Of a stretch of DNA of 64,000 nucleotides, positions 49,501-62,707 are shown piece by piece; the stretch's first letter is position 1, and every line of letters starts with the position of its first letter. The notes beneath the pieces were generated by a model, which saw nothing but the letters and a program-made list of their open reading frames with translations, was not told the origin of the DNA and did not search any database. A program made the position numbers and the translations under genes. The stretch lies in assembly GCA_008632985.1 (NCBI GenBank), contig QPGO01000121.1:62001-126000 (forward strand), read 5' to 3'. This stretch comes from Psammoneis japonica. Lineage: Eukaryota.

Positions 49501-49651
49501 GTATCCGTCTCATGGAGGCAGAGTTGCTTTTTCGTCCTGGACTGTACTTCATAAACGCAAAAGACCGCCGTGCTGGACTGGGAGGCGCTTCGCTCTGTTG
49601 TTGTCGCTTGGATGAGCTGCGACTTGGGGAGCTGCTAAAGATTCCTCTCAT
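43516..49651 (-). CDS. Large formin (FH2 domain) with two WASH/CCDC53-like KDDPKY repeats and a long disordered N-terminus
   Basis: FH2 motifs CEKFMVAMMTV...LLFKLQF and LLGIVLNIGNRLN...AFTLESLLKL...TTFLNY. Two KDDPKYEKYFRMLKVGMP-type repeats. The 995-aa and 382-aa ORFs appear to join across frameshifts. Introns near 44740-44830 and 45085-45165. Confidence 0.8.
47975..48150 (-). repeat. Four 42-bp coding tandem repeats (SSAAxFxFSxAGAP) in the formin N-terminus
   Basis: Translation PSSAADFGFSDAGA PSSAADFAFSDAGA PSSAAGFTFSEAGA PSSAAGFAFSNAGA. Confidence 0.85.
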
Positions 49652-50470
49652 GGTTGATTTCGTGGACTAAAAATGTGGAGACTCCAATACCGGTATGCAC
49701 ACGCAAGACTAGATGCAACTTTTTCTGAAAATATTGTTCGGTAGTTTCGGTGTGTTTAGGCTTGAAACTTTCTCGAATCGATTGTCGGTTTCACTGATGA
49801 ATAGTACCACTCCTCCTATGGACCTGAGGCTTTCAGAGCAAGGGTACGATGGAAACGTTCGGTCTTCTTTTTGTTCCAATCCACTCTGCCGCGACCATGG
49901 CCATTCGCACTGATGCGTTGCTGTGCGGCGACGGTGGACAAAATACCGGACGTGCGTGCTTCGGAAACCTGGTACATTTTCTACGCAGGAAAGTTCTGGA
50001 TGGAGTCTTGCCGCGTAACAGAGAGTGTAATACGATTATTAGATACTGGATGAGATAAATACAATTGTCCATTATAAAGCCCTGATGAACATTTTAATGA
50101 ATGAAGGCGATATCAGATTTAGATAGCATTGGTCAATATGAAAGGTGTAGAGATTAATATAAATAAAATTATTTACATTTTTGAATATAGTTCATTAAGA
50201 ACAGTTCGTGGCAACGCCCGAATATGTAGCCTAGTAACGAATATATATCAATAGCAGTATTGACACGGGAGAGCAATGTGCTCACAAAATGGAGTTGTTG
50301 TGAACGAATCTGCCATTCACGAAGAACTGAAAGGGTTATTGCAGCGACTTCCTTGTCGCCTAGCACCTACAGTATGCCCCATTTGCAATGCCGAACGGTG
50401 TGCTGGTGTGCATGTTGAGCTAGGTAGCATTGATGCCCTGCATCGTTTGGATCAAGAGCACGAACATACT

Positions 50471-53400
50471 TTAGTCACCTCTTGAAGATGAAGTGATCCC
50501 ATTCTTGGAGATTGACCCACCCAAAATGCCATCTAATTGCATCACCTTGGCAGCAGCGCCCCATTCATGATAGATGGCCCGTGCCTTTCTAAAGAATTCT
50601 AGACTGCTAGAGCCTTGGTCACCGCTGGACCTCAAAGCATCTGCCATTCGCTCACAGGCAATACCGTGGTCACACGAAAAACCTTCCTTTTCGGCAAGTT
50701 CAATGGAAAGGGTATACTTGGCTCGTGCTCTCATGGTGTCTCCTGTGACACTTGCAATCTCCGCGTCCAAAAGAAGAACCTTGTTGGAAAAGTTACTTGG
50801 AGCCTTCTTTTCCCATTGCACCAGTTTCTTCAGGCTACGGCGTGCTCGAGACACGTGACGCCGGCGTTCTTGTTGTCGAATCGTTGTCTGTCGTGCCAGT
50901 GCAAGACACGTCAAGCCATCGTAAAATGCTTGCACCGAGTTGGAGAGCGACGATACAATTTCCTTGTTGATGCTCTTGCACTTTTCAGCGCACTCGAATG
51001 CCAAATGGAAGTTATTCATAATGTAGGCACCGACAAGTCGACGCATATGAAGAGTAACGACCGCTGCCGAGCTCTTGCTGCCTTGCAGTTGCTGCAATAG
51101 TCTGTCTTCGTTCATAAACTCCCCAGTCAAAACACACGGATCGTTGCTATTACCCATGAGACCGTCCACCAACTGCGCTGCGGGAAGCAGCAGGGAAAGA
51201 ATAGCAGTCTGACTGTGAACCTTCATTTCTTTCAGAAACGCACGCATCTCCTCGACAAGGGTCGCAAGTGAAACTCCAGCGAAAAACGACATGAACGAGT
51301 AAAGCATGGCACTCAGAGATGCAAACTACAAGCAGAGTGTTGGTTCATGTCTTGAAGGGGCGAAGAGCAGTATCTTTGCAATATCTAGAATCGACTCACC
51401 TCAATATCACCAGACTCAAACCCTGCGCGATGAGCATCGTTCAACTTTCCCAAACACTCTCGAACAGGTCTCTTCCAAGGAGTCACCATACCCCATACCG
51501 GAACGTAGACTCGCGCAGTGTATGCCTTGGCCTGAAATTTATCCATTATCTGTAGCGCCACCTGACAGTACTTGTATCCTTCATCGATCTCACCGAGTAC
51601 ACCGCATAACAACATCCCGTATATACCGAACCCCGAGCTGCCCATTCCGCTCAAACCGTACTTCAAAGTCGCTTGTACAAACCGTGTTGATAGTAAAGGA
51701 ATGTAGGCTTGCCTCGTGAAGAAAACGTAAAGATAAACCAGATTCATCATTCGCATCACCGCTAAGTGAGTGGTGTTTGTCATGATTGGAAGCTTCAAAA
51801 TGTCATCCGGAGACGTCTTTCGCAGCATGCGCTTTGTTTTTATTAGATCTACCACCACGCGCACCTTTCCCGCTCGGGATGGGAAGGGCTCGCCCAGTTC
51901 TCCTAAAACATAGAACGCAACGTCGATCGCCTCTGAAAATTTCTGCTGTGCGCCAAGACTAAAAACGTGAGTTGAGTAGGACTGTATCTTGTCTTCAAAG
52001 CATCGGGCATTCTCAAAAACCTCGTCAACGTGAGTGCTCATCTTGTCAAATCGTCCGTTGCAATACTCCACTTCGGCAGCGGCGTCGAAGAGTGCGAGAC
52101 TCAAAGCGTAATGGGTTCGCCAGTAGTTTTGAGATGTGGATGCAAGACATTTTATTCCGAGATCAAAACACTCTGACGCTGTACTAAAGGCTGAAGAGGC
52201 CGCCGCCTTCTCCCCCGCACGGAGGCATAGCTCTGCTAAACGAGCTAGGTCTTCAGAGTCCTTAATCTCATTCATTCCAGATCCTAGCTGGTTCACAACC
52301 AGAAACAGATAGTCATCCAGCTCATCCTCTGGCAGCTTCCGTAGCAACCCAAGTCCAATCAAGGCATGAATTCTGGCCCTCTCATCCACGGGAATTAATT
52401 TGTATGCAGCTTCTTGCAGTCGATCATGGGTAAACTTGCACTTGGTTGATGAATAAGTTATGATTTCCTTTTGAGAAGCAATCTGAAGGGCGCCCCGAAT
52501 GTCGTGTGAAGAATCGTCCAGAACCAACTCAAGGTGTGACACGAGGAACACCGCGCCCAAGCTCGCAGCACACTGCAAAACAATTTGAACATTCTTTGGT
52601 AATTCTTGCAGTACTTCTCTCATTACGTCCGATATATTCTGCTTCAGATTCGGGATCAGCTCTAAATCCCATTGCCAGGAATCCTTTATAGCTTCCTCGC
52701 TATTGGCCAGCTTACTCAGAACACCCTGCTCCTGGTACAGCTTGACGAGGCGTACAATGTAGAATACTTTTCCTTCTGTCTGGTTATAAACAGATTTTGA
52801 AACCATGCTCAAATCACCATTGGGTGAGGGATAGTATTCCACCAACATGTTTCGGACCTCGTCTTCTGAAAAGTTGTACAACGAAATATTCGTGATCTTC
52901 ACGCCCTTCTCTTCCATGTCACGAAATGTGACCGCAAGCGGATCATCGATTGCCACCTCATTCCCACGACACGCACCTAGCAACATGAATCCCTTTATTG
53001 AAGTGCAAGCTAAAAATGAAAGTAACTCCAAACTCCCCTTGTCGGCCCACTGTAAGTCATCCAAAAACAGCACGAGTGGGTGTTGCTCGCTACAAATACT
53101 ATGAACGTATTCGGAAAAGGCGGCCAAGAAGCGCTGTTTCTGGGCGAGACTCATATTAACATTGCTAGGCCTTGATAAAGATGTTCTTTGTCGTGCTTTC
53201 GTCGTTGAAGCATCTCCAAGTGCAGGTATGACATCAACCAAAATCGGATCGAGTTTCAAGTTTCCGACGCTTGGCTTGGGAGTTCTACGAGTCCATTCTG
53301 AGAAAGCACCAACAAAAGCAGAGAGAGGTTCCGATCGACAGTGCTGGTCAAACTTCCCTGAGAGCAATGTACAGTTTTCGAATGATCGTACCGACTGGGC

Positions 53401-53556
53401 TAGTGCCGACTTTCCGGTTCCAGATTTGCCGCAGATCAAGACAAGCTCTTTGTGTTGCTGAGGTGCGAAACAGCACCGCTCGTAGGCCTCTTGAAGTCGA
53501 CGCTTCTCTTTCTCGCGACCAAAGAGATGCTCATATTCTGATGTTTGATCTTTCAT
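50471..53556 (-). CDS. AAA_16/STAND-like P-loop ATPase with a helical C-terminus (multi-sensor kinase-like)
   Basis: LFGREKE, Walker A GKSGTGKS, SGKFDQ, Walker B PLVLFLDDLQWAD, FTHDRLQEAAY, YHEWGAAAKV. One intron at about 51320-51397. Confidence 0.85.
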
Positions 53557-54128
53557 AATGATGATGAGAACAGCAAAGCCATAGGAACGTCATTTCAATA
53601 CGAACAAAACTTGAACAACGAAACTCTGTGAGAAGGGAGAAGGTGGTTGAGTGATGCGAGAGTGAATTCCGTGCATGCGTGATGATGCGAGAACGACAGC
53701 GAAAAGCGGGAATCGGAAAAGCGGACAGGATTAGGCTGTTGTACCTTATCCCTCTCTAGTAGATCATACTGTAGCATATTGATTGCGATTGCCTGTACCG
53801 TAGCTACTCTAGAGCTATGCTTCTCGCTTGCTTTAGCTGTTTCCTTTTAGTACTTCTACTCTCTAGTGGTTGTCTGTTAGTCTCTCCCTCTCTCTATCTT
53901 TTAAGTAGTACTTCTACTCTAGATATGCAAGTCCCGCACACTCCCGATATCACCGCTCGCCAACATACGGTAGCTCATCAGCTCACGATAGATAAATGAA
54001 ACCATACCATTACGCTGAGCTGGCCATACTGCAAGGCGTGGATGGATGAATATTGTAGGATGCGAAACAAAATGTAGAATATGAATTACACCTATCAAAG
54101 AATGATCCCAGGCACAGCAAAAGCTCCG

Positions 54129-54881
54129 CTACACTGACAATATTCCACGCATTTTACCGCCCCCACTCCACCACTCGTAGAATTCCTCGTACGTTAATCT
54201 CTCGTCAAAATTCTTGTCAAGAGCCATAAAAGCTGCAGATGTTTCGTTCTTTGTCATTTCAACACCAGCTGCCTTTGAGAATGCAAGAAGTTCCTGAACA
54301 TCAAGATCACCATCTCCGTTTTTATCGTGCTCTTTCCATAGAGCTTTGAGGTCTTTGTCATTGGTGATGCTACCCTTGAGTTCTCTTAGTCGTGAAGCAG
54401 CGGCAAAACCCACCATGATGGCTGTCACGCCAACAAAAATCATGTATCCACCTACTATCCAATCTGTGATGCTCCAGTTTGCAATTTGCAACACCCCACA
54501 AAACAGGTAGAGCAGTCCACGACCCCACACGTACTCCAAAAACTTGGCATAGAAGCGAATGCCTTGTTTCAGTCGAGAACAGATAATATTTGGGCCTTCG
54601 AGAAACACAATTACAAATCCAAAAAGAATACAGTACACTGCAATCACAACGCCTGCAACGTCGAGACTCATTGCTCTTGTTGAAATGTTGACAATGTTGG
54701 ATACAATCATGGCACCTCCACCAATCAACGCTAGGGTATGAAACCCAAGCGGTCCTTGTCTGCGAATCTTTTCAGTGTTTTTTACTGCCTCATTCTTTTT
54801 CGTATCTGCCGCTGTTGTTGAAGCCTGTGTTGTTGTCGTTTCAGCAGCCGACTCCTTTTTCTCCTTTCTTCCAAACACCAT
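54129..54881 (-). CDS. COPI-associated/TVP15-like membrane protein with two EF-hands
   Basis: Transmembrane segments with FLEYVWGRGLLYLFCG. EF-hands DKNGDGDLDVQE and DKNFDERLTYEE. Confidence 0.8.
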   Translation of the reverse strand: MVFGRKEKKESAAETTTTQASTTAADTKKNEAVKNTEKIRRQGPLGFHTLALIGGGAMIVSNIVNISTRAMSLDVAGVVIAVYCILFGFVIVFLEGPNIICSRLKQGIRFYAKFLEYVWGRGLLYLFCGVLQIANWSITDWIVGGYMIFVGVTAIMVGFAAASRLRELKGSITNDKDLKALWKEHDKNGDGDLDVQELLAFSKAAGVEMTKNETSAAFMALDKNFDERLTYEEFYEWWSGGGKMRGILSV

Positions 54882-55219
54882 GGTGAGCTTCTCTCTATAT
54901 ATCCTACTCTAGCTACAGTAGCCGTGGCTTCAAAATGCGTCGTCCCTGTCAATGAGGAGAATGGCGACAGTAGACCGAAAGAACTGCACTTTGGAAGGCT
55001 GATCCCGTTTTTTCCTTCCGATTGGCGTGTCACGACGCAAGGTTTGTGTGGGAAGCCCGCGCGAAACTGAAATTTTGAAATCGCAAAATATCCCTCCAAC
55101 AGAGGGCAATAGAGTTTAGAACTCCAGCGAGCGCCAAACGGGTTATGTGCCACTCGTAGATTGAACGCATCGACCGTCGACCATGGGCCATGGCAGGAGA
55201 GCTCGGACCGGGATCGAAA

Positions 55220-56274
55220 ATGACAAGCAGCATGTTGCGTTCACGGCTTATGCCGACGGCACGACTTTCCATTACTCTTCTATTATCATATTTGTTGAAA
55301 AGATGCTCCTGTTACCCTCTTATATCAGAAGTTCCAGCTTATGACGAAACGGTAAGCAATGCGCTCATTTTCACCGTGCAGCGTCCCCTCGTCGACTCGC
55401 ATTAGTCTCAACTCGTGATACTTGTTCGCTGTCTAGTGTTTTCGTTTCAATATACCAGAAAATGATGAAGCACACATGATATTTATGGTTATACCGGCTC
55501 ACATGGAAGAGTTTGTGGAAGACTTTTTTGTGGATCAAATCGACAAGGTCGTCCAAGCACGTACCCAGACACCGAAACGAGTCTTTGCCAGAAAACTACC
55601 GGATCCCATTTCGCCAAAAGTTCAAAAAGCAATCACGGATGTATTTGAGGGAGCAAACGTCAATCAAAAGTCGGGTGTAACACTCAAGGTGGAAAAGCCT
55701 CGTCATCCTGGTGAGAAGGAGCAAGATTTTATCTGGTTCAAACCGATTGTTCTCAATCATGTGGAGCGTGCCGAGAAAGGCAATATCGATTTGGACTTGG
55801 GCTTTAAAATCTGCTTTGAAAATCACAATGACGATGAAGATACCCAAGTTATTTTTGATATTGTTGTCGTGTCAGAGGCAGAAGAGGAGGAATTTAAAAA
55901 GCAGGGCTCTGACACGCTGAAGAAAGAACACTTGACGCCGTTGGAAGAGACCTTAAAGGCCAGTAAGTTTATCGGATCTTTGGAGTGTGTGTCGTTGTGT
56001 TTGGGTAATTCTTCTTAAAAGACGTTTGCTCACGCAAATTTTGCATTGCACCTACCCCCCACCCCCCACGCCCCTAGCCATCAACACAGCCCAGTCGATT
56101 CTGAGCGAGATGAGATACATGGAAAAGCGAGAGTCAAGGATGAAGCAGACCGCGGATAGCATCAATTCCAAAGTGAGATTGTTCTCGTGGATGTCAGCCA
56201 TTGTACTGCTTTCCGTTGCGTACGCCTATGTCGCGTATCTCAAACGATATTTTCACAAAAAGAAGCTCATGTAA
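55220..56274 (+). CDS. p24/emp24 (GOLD) family protein
   Basis: Signal peptide, KICFEN, coiled coil EMRYMEKRESRMKQTADSINSKV, transmembrane helix and tail YLKRYFHKKKLM. Two probable introns. Confidence 0.85.
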
Positions 56275-56400
56275 CTTGGGTTGCTACACTCATAGTCTTA
56301 ACAGTAGTGTTGCTCTGTCGCTATCATCTTTATAAATAGCTCTATCTAGACTGTCCAGCTGGGCGGAGATGGTATCAATCGCGAAAGTGAGACGAGTGTC

Positions 56401-57747
56401 TCATGCCTTGAAATCAGTCTGTGCTGGGCTTATGTTGGGAGTCAAAGTGAAAGCGTTGGCTGCCCTCCGGTATGCACTCCAGCCGTGGTATCGACGCCAC
56501 AACTCTCTCATTACATACACAAGCTTTATATTGTGTTCTTCCTCTTCAGGCAAAGCCTTTGCCACCACACTTGCCCACAAGCTTTCGTCTTGCGCCAAAT
56601 TCTCATGGGGCTGAGATGACAGATCAAGAGCCGCAGCATCCAATGCCTTTGCGGTTGGAAATCCACCGGCCGATGTGGCCAACAAACAAACCAAGATGGA
56701 AAAGTAGCGCTTGAGCGCCTCCCTCGTGGCATTCTCTTCGGCAATAACCTTGGACACCTGCTCCGCTCCCCACAAACTTGTAATCAAATGAAGAACGAGG
56801 AAGTTTCCGTTTCCTTGGCCGTCACGAGTTGCCCAGTACACAATGGTGCTCATTCGATACAATTCTTCCCATAACGAATCAAGCTCCAAATCATCCAACC
56901 AGGACGGTAAGTTTGTGGCGACTTTGTGAGGGTGCGCAAGGACCTTGCTCAACTCCCATTGAAAACCAGCCGGAATGAGCTCTTTGTGAAATCCAGAGTC
57001 TTTGCCATATCGTTTCTTGGTAGCTTCAATCCAAGTATCTTTCAAGTTGTTTGTATGAAACTCATTGGCGATTCTTGTCAAGGACGCAATTGGTGTTTTA
57101 TCGGCGTGTGCACGTGACACCAGAGAGTCCTCCGGCAAACCAACATAGGCAAAATTAATGTAGGCCAGACCTTCGATTATCATCCAAGTATTCCCAGAGT
57201 CAACGGCCCATCCTAAATGAATAATACCATGTGTCAATGCACCTGCCATTCCTGGCAGAGTAGGTGGCGCGTATTGCTTGATCAATGCATTCACGTCGCC
57301 ATTAAACTTGTCACGTAACTCATTCTCAAGAAAGACACACTGCTCTTGCCATTTCTCCTTCTTGCCGCGAAGGCTTTCGAATTCTTCCGCTGTCACTGGC
57401 GACACTTGATCCCATGGCGTGGGAACTGGTTCAACCGTCAAATCGTAAGGAGTAGTCTTAACGTAGTTATCCCAGTATTCCTCAACTCTTGCGGGAGGTG
57501 CCTCAAGCCCGTGAAGGGCAATCACGGCGTGCTTGACATGGTTCGAGAGGTATCCGTTGAACTCGATATCATAGGATTTGTCGGATAGAAGAGTCTGCCA
57601 GTCGCGTGGCTGTGTCGACATGGTTCTCGTGGGGATATCAGCAGTCACAAAAGAAGAATGAAGCTTGCTCGTTGCTGCAAAGGCGCCGACGAAAATAGGT
57701 GGACGTGCGTAGGTCAAGAATGATATGCTGAGGGCTTTTCTTATCAT
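56401..57747 (-). CDS. Questin oxidase-like / DUF4243 protein
   Basis: Motifs YLSNHVKHAVIALHGL, ALTHGIIHLGWA, NFLVLHLITS and EEHNIKLV. Confidence 0.75.
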   Translation of the reverse strand: MIRKALSISFLTYARPPIFVGAFAATSKLHSSFVTADIPTRTMSTQPRDWQTLLSDKSYDIEFNGYLSNHVKHAVIALHGLEAPPARVEEYWDNYVKTTPYDLTVEPVPTPWDQVSPVTAEEFESLRGKKEKWQEQCVFLENELRDKFNGDVNALIKQYAPPTLPGMAGALTHGIIHLGWAVDSGNTWMIIEGLAYINFAYVGLPEDSLVSRAHADKTPIASLTRIANEFHTNNLKDTWIEATKKRYGKDSGFHKELIPAGFQWELSKVLAHPHKVATNLPSWLDDLELDSLWEELYRMSTIVYWATRDGQGNGNFLVLHLITSLWGAEQVSKVIAEENATREALKRYFSILVCLLATSAGGFPTAKALDAAALDLSSQPHENLAQDESLWASVVAKALPEEEEHNIKLVYVMRELWRRYHGWSAYRRAANAFTLTPNISPAQTDFKA

Positions 57748-58166
57748 TTACTGAAGCTTTTTCAAGTTTCCTGTTGCTTCGTTGATGTTGTTTTAGTTCG
57801 TCTCTTTTTACCATACAGAATAAAATTATGTGAGACATTCATCGTCTTGTGTCGATGATCACCTTTTTCGACCGAATTCCCGCGCGTTTTCTCGCTCATG
57901 CATCTTTTGAAAAATTGCCGTGACGTCATATGTACGTCATTGACCTGGACGGAATGCCGATGCGCAGTGCGCGCGATCGAGGACTGCCCGACTGCGCCCG
58001 GCGCCCGGCGCCCGACGCGACATCAAAGCAAAATGGCATGGCGGTGTCATGGTGTCAACCTGAAACCGGTGGCTTGTATCTAGCAATGAGCATTCTTGGG
58101 CAAGGTCTACGTACCCTTGGAGTTCTTTAAGGACACACAGTAATAGATTCACTGCTCTGCTTGAAT

Positions 58167-61100
58167 ATGGTGGCGACAAAGCTTCATGAGGTCACAAACA
58201 AAGGCATCGATTGGGCGTATGGGTCTACCACAGAACAAAACACTCCCAACCAGATGAATCTTGAGCCATCAAGAGATGCTGTGAACGATGAAGGTTACTT
58301 TTCGTATGCTACTAACTCATTGTGGTACGCCTATGATCAGACGCAGTCGACCTTGTCTGGCCTCGTTTCCTCGCTGTACACGGATTCCTCTTCGCCCTCC
58401 GTGCGGGACTATGAAACGACCGAGGTTCTGACTGCCGCACCATCACCTGCCGCATTGGATAAGAAAGAATGGCGACAAAGAGCTTCAAAGATAAAGTTAA
58501 AGTATCCGGAACTGGAGTGGTTGTTGAAGAACCCTTACAGTAATGCTAGAGGCGTTCACGATCGTCCTTCACCTTTATCGGACGTCCGCTCCCTCTTGGT
58601 TCACGTGCACAATATGCCGGATGAAGAATTACCAAGGATTGATTCGGCAGAAAATAACATCGAGTTACCGGTTTCCGCTGCATCAAAGGGTGCTCCGATG
58701 TTGCGTGAACATTCAAACTCGAGTTTGCCGGATGAAGCACCTGCACGACAGAGGAACAAGCAAGTGAAGAGCGTTGAAACCGCCCAGAAGCTCGCTGAGG
58801 GTAGTATCAGAGCGCTGCGGGACCTGACGCTAATAGAGGCCAGTGAGTTGCATCATGCATTGAATTATTGGACGATTAGATGGGAGCGTCCACTACTTTC
58901 TTGGCTGGAAGCCGGTCCGTGGGGTGAGTTGCTTGTGCATTGGAAACACCTCACGCTTGTGTGCCTGGCCTCACTCACTTTTCTAATTCTGGCATTGTCA
59001 GTGTGGTTCTCAGAGGAAGGGTACAATCATCAAGCAATTGGTCAGAGAGTCTCACAAATTCAGGCGGTGCTTGCCCGGCGTTGCGCTTCTATTGGGGAGC
59101 TTCAGCAGCACTTGCTCCGTGCTGGTTGGCGAAAAGGCGTGGCCCAATGGGGTGTTCTTGGCCAGGGTGAACAAGTAAGATCTGACTTGTCGAATCATAA
59201 ACGCAGTACGATTCCTGTGTCTAATGATATTTTCGCTCGCTTTAGTGGGCCCAAATTGCTGGTGGGGATGGTACTATGGAGGAGACCAGTCCAACGAGAC
59301 GGAGATCAAACGACTCTAAACGCTTAACCTCTGAAGCAGAATTTACAAAACTAGCAGCACATCGCTTTCGCCGTCGATCACTCCTGATCGGAGGAACCCT
59401 CGATGATAAGGACTTACTTTCGAATGTAGAGAAGGATGCAGAGCAGGAGGAGCAAATCCATCCCGCCTACTACGGTGATACCAACATGCAGGTGAAAAAC
59501 ACACGTGGCGGGGAGATTGTAAAGGACGATCCTGCACTGGCGGCATGGTCCGTCGATGCAATGCGCCTTGTTCGTGGTAGTCTTTATGGGGCCATGGGTA
59601 GATCAAATCCAATGCCTCTACCGTTTGCAAGCAATTGGTCCAAAGACGATGAAGTTCGGGAAGAATACTCCGCGTCGTCTCAACTATCCGACGGGGCTTC
59701 TGTCAAATCGAAGGACGACAGCGAGGGAGACAGTCTTCCAGCCTGGGCAACATACACGAGTCCAGGCACAGTGGAGGATGATGTAATTGTAGGCGGTGAA
59801 GAGTTACCGCCAAATAAAGAAAGCCGAGAGGTAACCATATCAGACCTCCCACTCATGGCCTCAGAGGTCTCCGAGCTACTCGATTCCATGGAAGTGATAC
59901 TCGAAGCACAGCGAAACCGTCGGAGGGGAAAGTTAAAGCCACTGTCGAGGTTTCGGAGAAACTGGTACGTCGTGGGGGTAGGAGTGCCGCTACTGAACTA
60001 TGTCGTCCGCACGTTGCTGGAGGAAGGAAAAGCAGCGCGTCTTGCCAAACACGTACTACACACAATAACATCATTTTATCAAGATCATGTTTCGGAACCC
60101 CTGAGAGCTGTGTAAGTGCAACTGTTCGATGATTTGTTTTCGTGATTTTTCGAGAGCAGCGCTCATTGCTTACTCGCGTCTGACGTGTTCTTCTCTGCTT
60201 TTGCTTCCATCAAGGTTTTACGAACTTTTTACACGACAAGATCGCGAGACAATCAGTGACCGCCAAGCAAGAATGGATGCCATCGCCAGTTGCAAGAACA
60301 TGATTAGGAGTTGGTTGGACGAAACATACCCTGAAATGGATGAGATAGAGCGCCAGGCTAGGGCTGACAAGATGGACTTTTCGCTGATTGAAAAAAAGAA
60401 GGTAAGGTTCTACCTGAATAAACTCGTCACATCCAAGAACTACGCAGCCTTTCTGACTTGATGTTTCTTTTGTGAAGGAAGAAAGTATCAAAACCATATT
60501 CGAGATCAATAGCGTTGTGCGAATGTCTTTGATTGAAATCCAATTCATTAAGAAGGTAAGGTTCAACTGAATAAACTCGGAATATGTCACAATCCAAGAA
60601 CTAAGTAGCCTTTCTGACTTGTTGATATGTCTTTTGTGCTTTTCAGGAACTCATGAACGCGCTTTACGCAATGGATGAAATGATGTCTTCCAACGAGATC
60701 AACATCAATCTTGCAGCTGTAACACCGGCTCTCTTGGTACTCTACACCGCCAAGCATGCCTTTCGTGTCTTGTTTTATGCCTTGTTCAAGTTGGGACGTA
60801 GTAGGGAAGAGACGTATGCATCCTTTCGCCATGTAATTCTCGACATTGAGAGACTATTGGTCATGCGTGATAACCCTCCCACCGCACCGCCACCTTTGGG
60901 TTGGCGAGAGGATCATCAATCCATGCACCCCTATCAGACGACAGTTGCTCATGGAGACTCAAACCAGAGCGTCCTTAGTGCCGATGACTTGGGTATGCTG
61001 GTTCTCCACATTCATTTATGTAGAACTATTCTTTGGCGAGACCAAAGGCGTTTTTCACCAACAATACGGCGCCATGTGTCAGAGGATCTCGCCGAGCTCG

Positions 61101-61329
61101 CGGGAGAACGAGGTAGGAGGGGGAAAATCGTATCGTCCTATTGTTTTCCAAAATGACCCTCACAAATGTTTTGACTCGTCTTTTGATCCATTGTTTCTTG
61201 TTTCCGCCGCTTCAAGGCCCGGTGAGCGTTCAACAGCAACTCCAAATCATTGAGCGAATGTGTCGTACATATCCGTTTCTGAAGGTTTTCGGTTCCGGCG
61301 TCAGCTTGGGTGAATCGATTTTGCCGTGA
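58167..61329 (+). CDS. NCA2-like (nuclear control of ATPase) protein, multi-exon
   Basis: FRRNW, FYQDHVSEPL, and VRMSLIEIQFIKK|ELMNALYAMDEMMSSNEININLAAVTPALL. Several GT-AG introns, including 60402-60477 and 60556-60646. Confidence 0.75.
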
Positions 61330-61435
61330 GGTTCTTTGAAATATTTTGGACGAGAAAATAGCGTCAACAGATATTTAGAATTTTGAACAGTTGCATTTGT
61401 CTATCAGCTCGTTGTAACGTAGACTAAATCGCACC

Positions 61436-62707
61436 TCAACCTCTCGGGCCACGATGACCGGGAGGATAATCGGGGCGACGCCCATCCGTACGAGGCCCGG
61501 AATTCCAGCCTGGTGGTGGGGGACCTTCCCCACCCCTTCTGCCACGATCATCCCATCCTCGTGGATCAGGTCCACCACGCATACTACCTCCATCCATGCG
61601 GCCATGATGAGGCCAAGGAGGTTGTTGCTGTTGTGCGTGTGGAGGTACGTTACGCTGCCAAGCCTCACGAAAGTGTGGTGGTGGTGGTCCTTGGGGACGA
61701 TTCTGCCAATCTTCATTCTGCCAATCCATTTCGTATCCTGGTGCAGCAGCATCTGGTTTTGGTGTATTGCTTTTTGGCGCAAGCATGGGATCCACAATAC
61801 CCCACCAAGACAAGGGCCATTCCTTTTTGCCGGGAGCAAAGTCTTCCGGAAACATTGGTAACGGCGGCTGAATCACAATTTCGTCCTTGTCGTTTACATC
61901 ATAAAAGTCATATCGACTTTCCTCATCATAAAGAAAGGAGCCTGATAGGTCAATCGCTCGAGTTTTTGACTCCATCCTCGGAACGTCTTTCATCACGTCC
62001 GACACGAGCTTTTCCAGAAGCTTGTAGTTTGGTTCGATAACTTTCGTTTCCTCCTTGACTGCAGGAGCCTGCTTCACTGGTGGCTGTGAGGCATTCCCAG
62101 TGAGGTCTACCTGCGGCCGAGGAGACTCTCGTGGTGGAGGAGCGTTGTTTGCGGCTCGGTTGGTACTTGGCCGGTTCTTGGAAGTCTGTTGCTGGTCTGT
62201 AGGTTTCGGTGCGCTGGGTTTCGGTACTACAGGAGGCTTTACTGCCATTATGGGCTGCTGCTGTTGAAGTGACTTTGATATAAGCGTCATGTCTGATTTG
62301 GAACCCTCCTCTGGGTTTTCGAGCTTTTTCTTTTTGAGTCGAGGAATCATACCTGGTTTTGTCGCGGACGCTTCTTCTTGTTCCTTGTTTGATTCCTCCT
62401 TTTCGTCAGCATGTTGCGCCTTTCTCTTTTTCGTTCGTCCTCTCTGAAGGCGTTTCCTCGTCTTTGAAACCACGGGTTCATCTTCTTCTTCGTCGTCACT
62501 ATCGTCCACGTTAAACACGTCGTCCATGTCGTCGTTGTCCGCTTGACTGCTCGTTGCCGTTTCTTTTTTTGTGGTCCTTGAAGGATTTCTACGTTTTGGA
62601 ATCTCTTCTTCTTCTAGTATAGCTTGCACCTCCTCCTCCTTGTTGGAGGCAGCAGCAGCTTCTTCCTGGAGCTTTTTCAGTTGCTGCCGTTCCGTAAGAC
62701 GTCCCAT
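61436..62707 (-). CDS. Hypothetical charged, Pro/Gly-rich protein
   Basis: Long ORF with host-like composition. Likely start MGRLTERQQ at 62707. No recognised domain. Confidence 0.65.
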   Translation of the reverse strand: MGRLTERQQLKKLQEEAAAASNKEEEVQAILEEEEIPKRRNPSRTTKKETATSSQADNDDMDDVFNVDDSDDEEEDEPVVSKTRKRLQRGRTKKRKAQHADEKEESNKEQEEASATKPGMIPRLKKKKLENPEEGSKSDMTLISKSLQQQQPIMAVKPPVVPKPSAPKPTDQQQTSKNRPSTNRAANNAPPPRESPRPQVDLTGNASQPPVKQAPAVKEETKVIEPNYKLLEKLVSDVMKDVPRMESKTRAIDLSGSFLYDEESRYDFYDVNDKDEIVIQPPLPMFPEDFAPGKKEWPLSWWGIVDPMLAPKSNTPKPDAAAPGYEMDWQNEDWQNRPQGPPPPHFREAWQRNVPPHAQQQQPPWPHHGRMDGGSMRGGPDPRGWDDRGRRGGEGPPPPGWNSGPRTDGRRPDYPPGHRGPRG

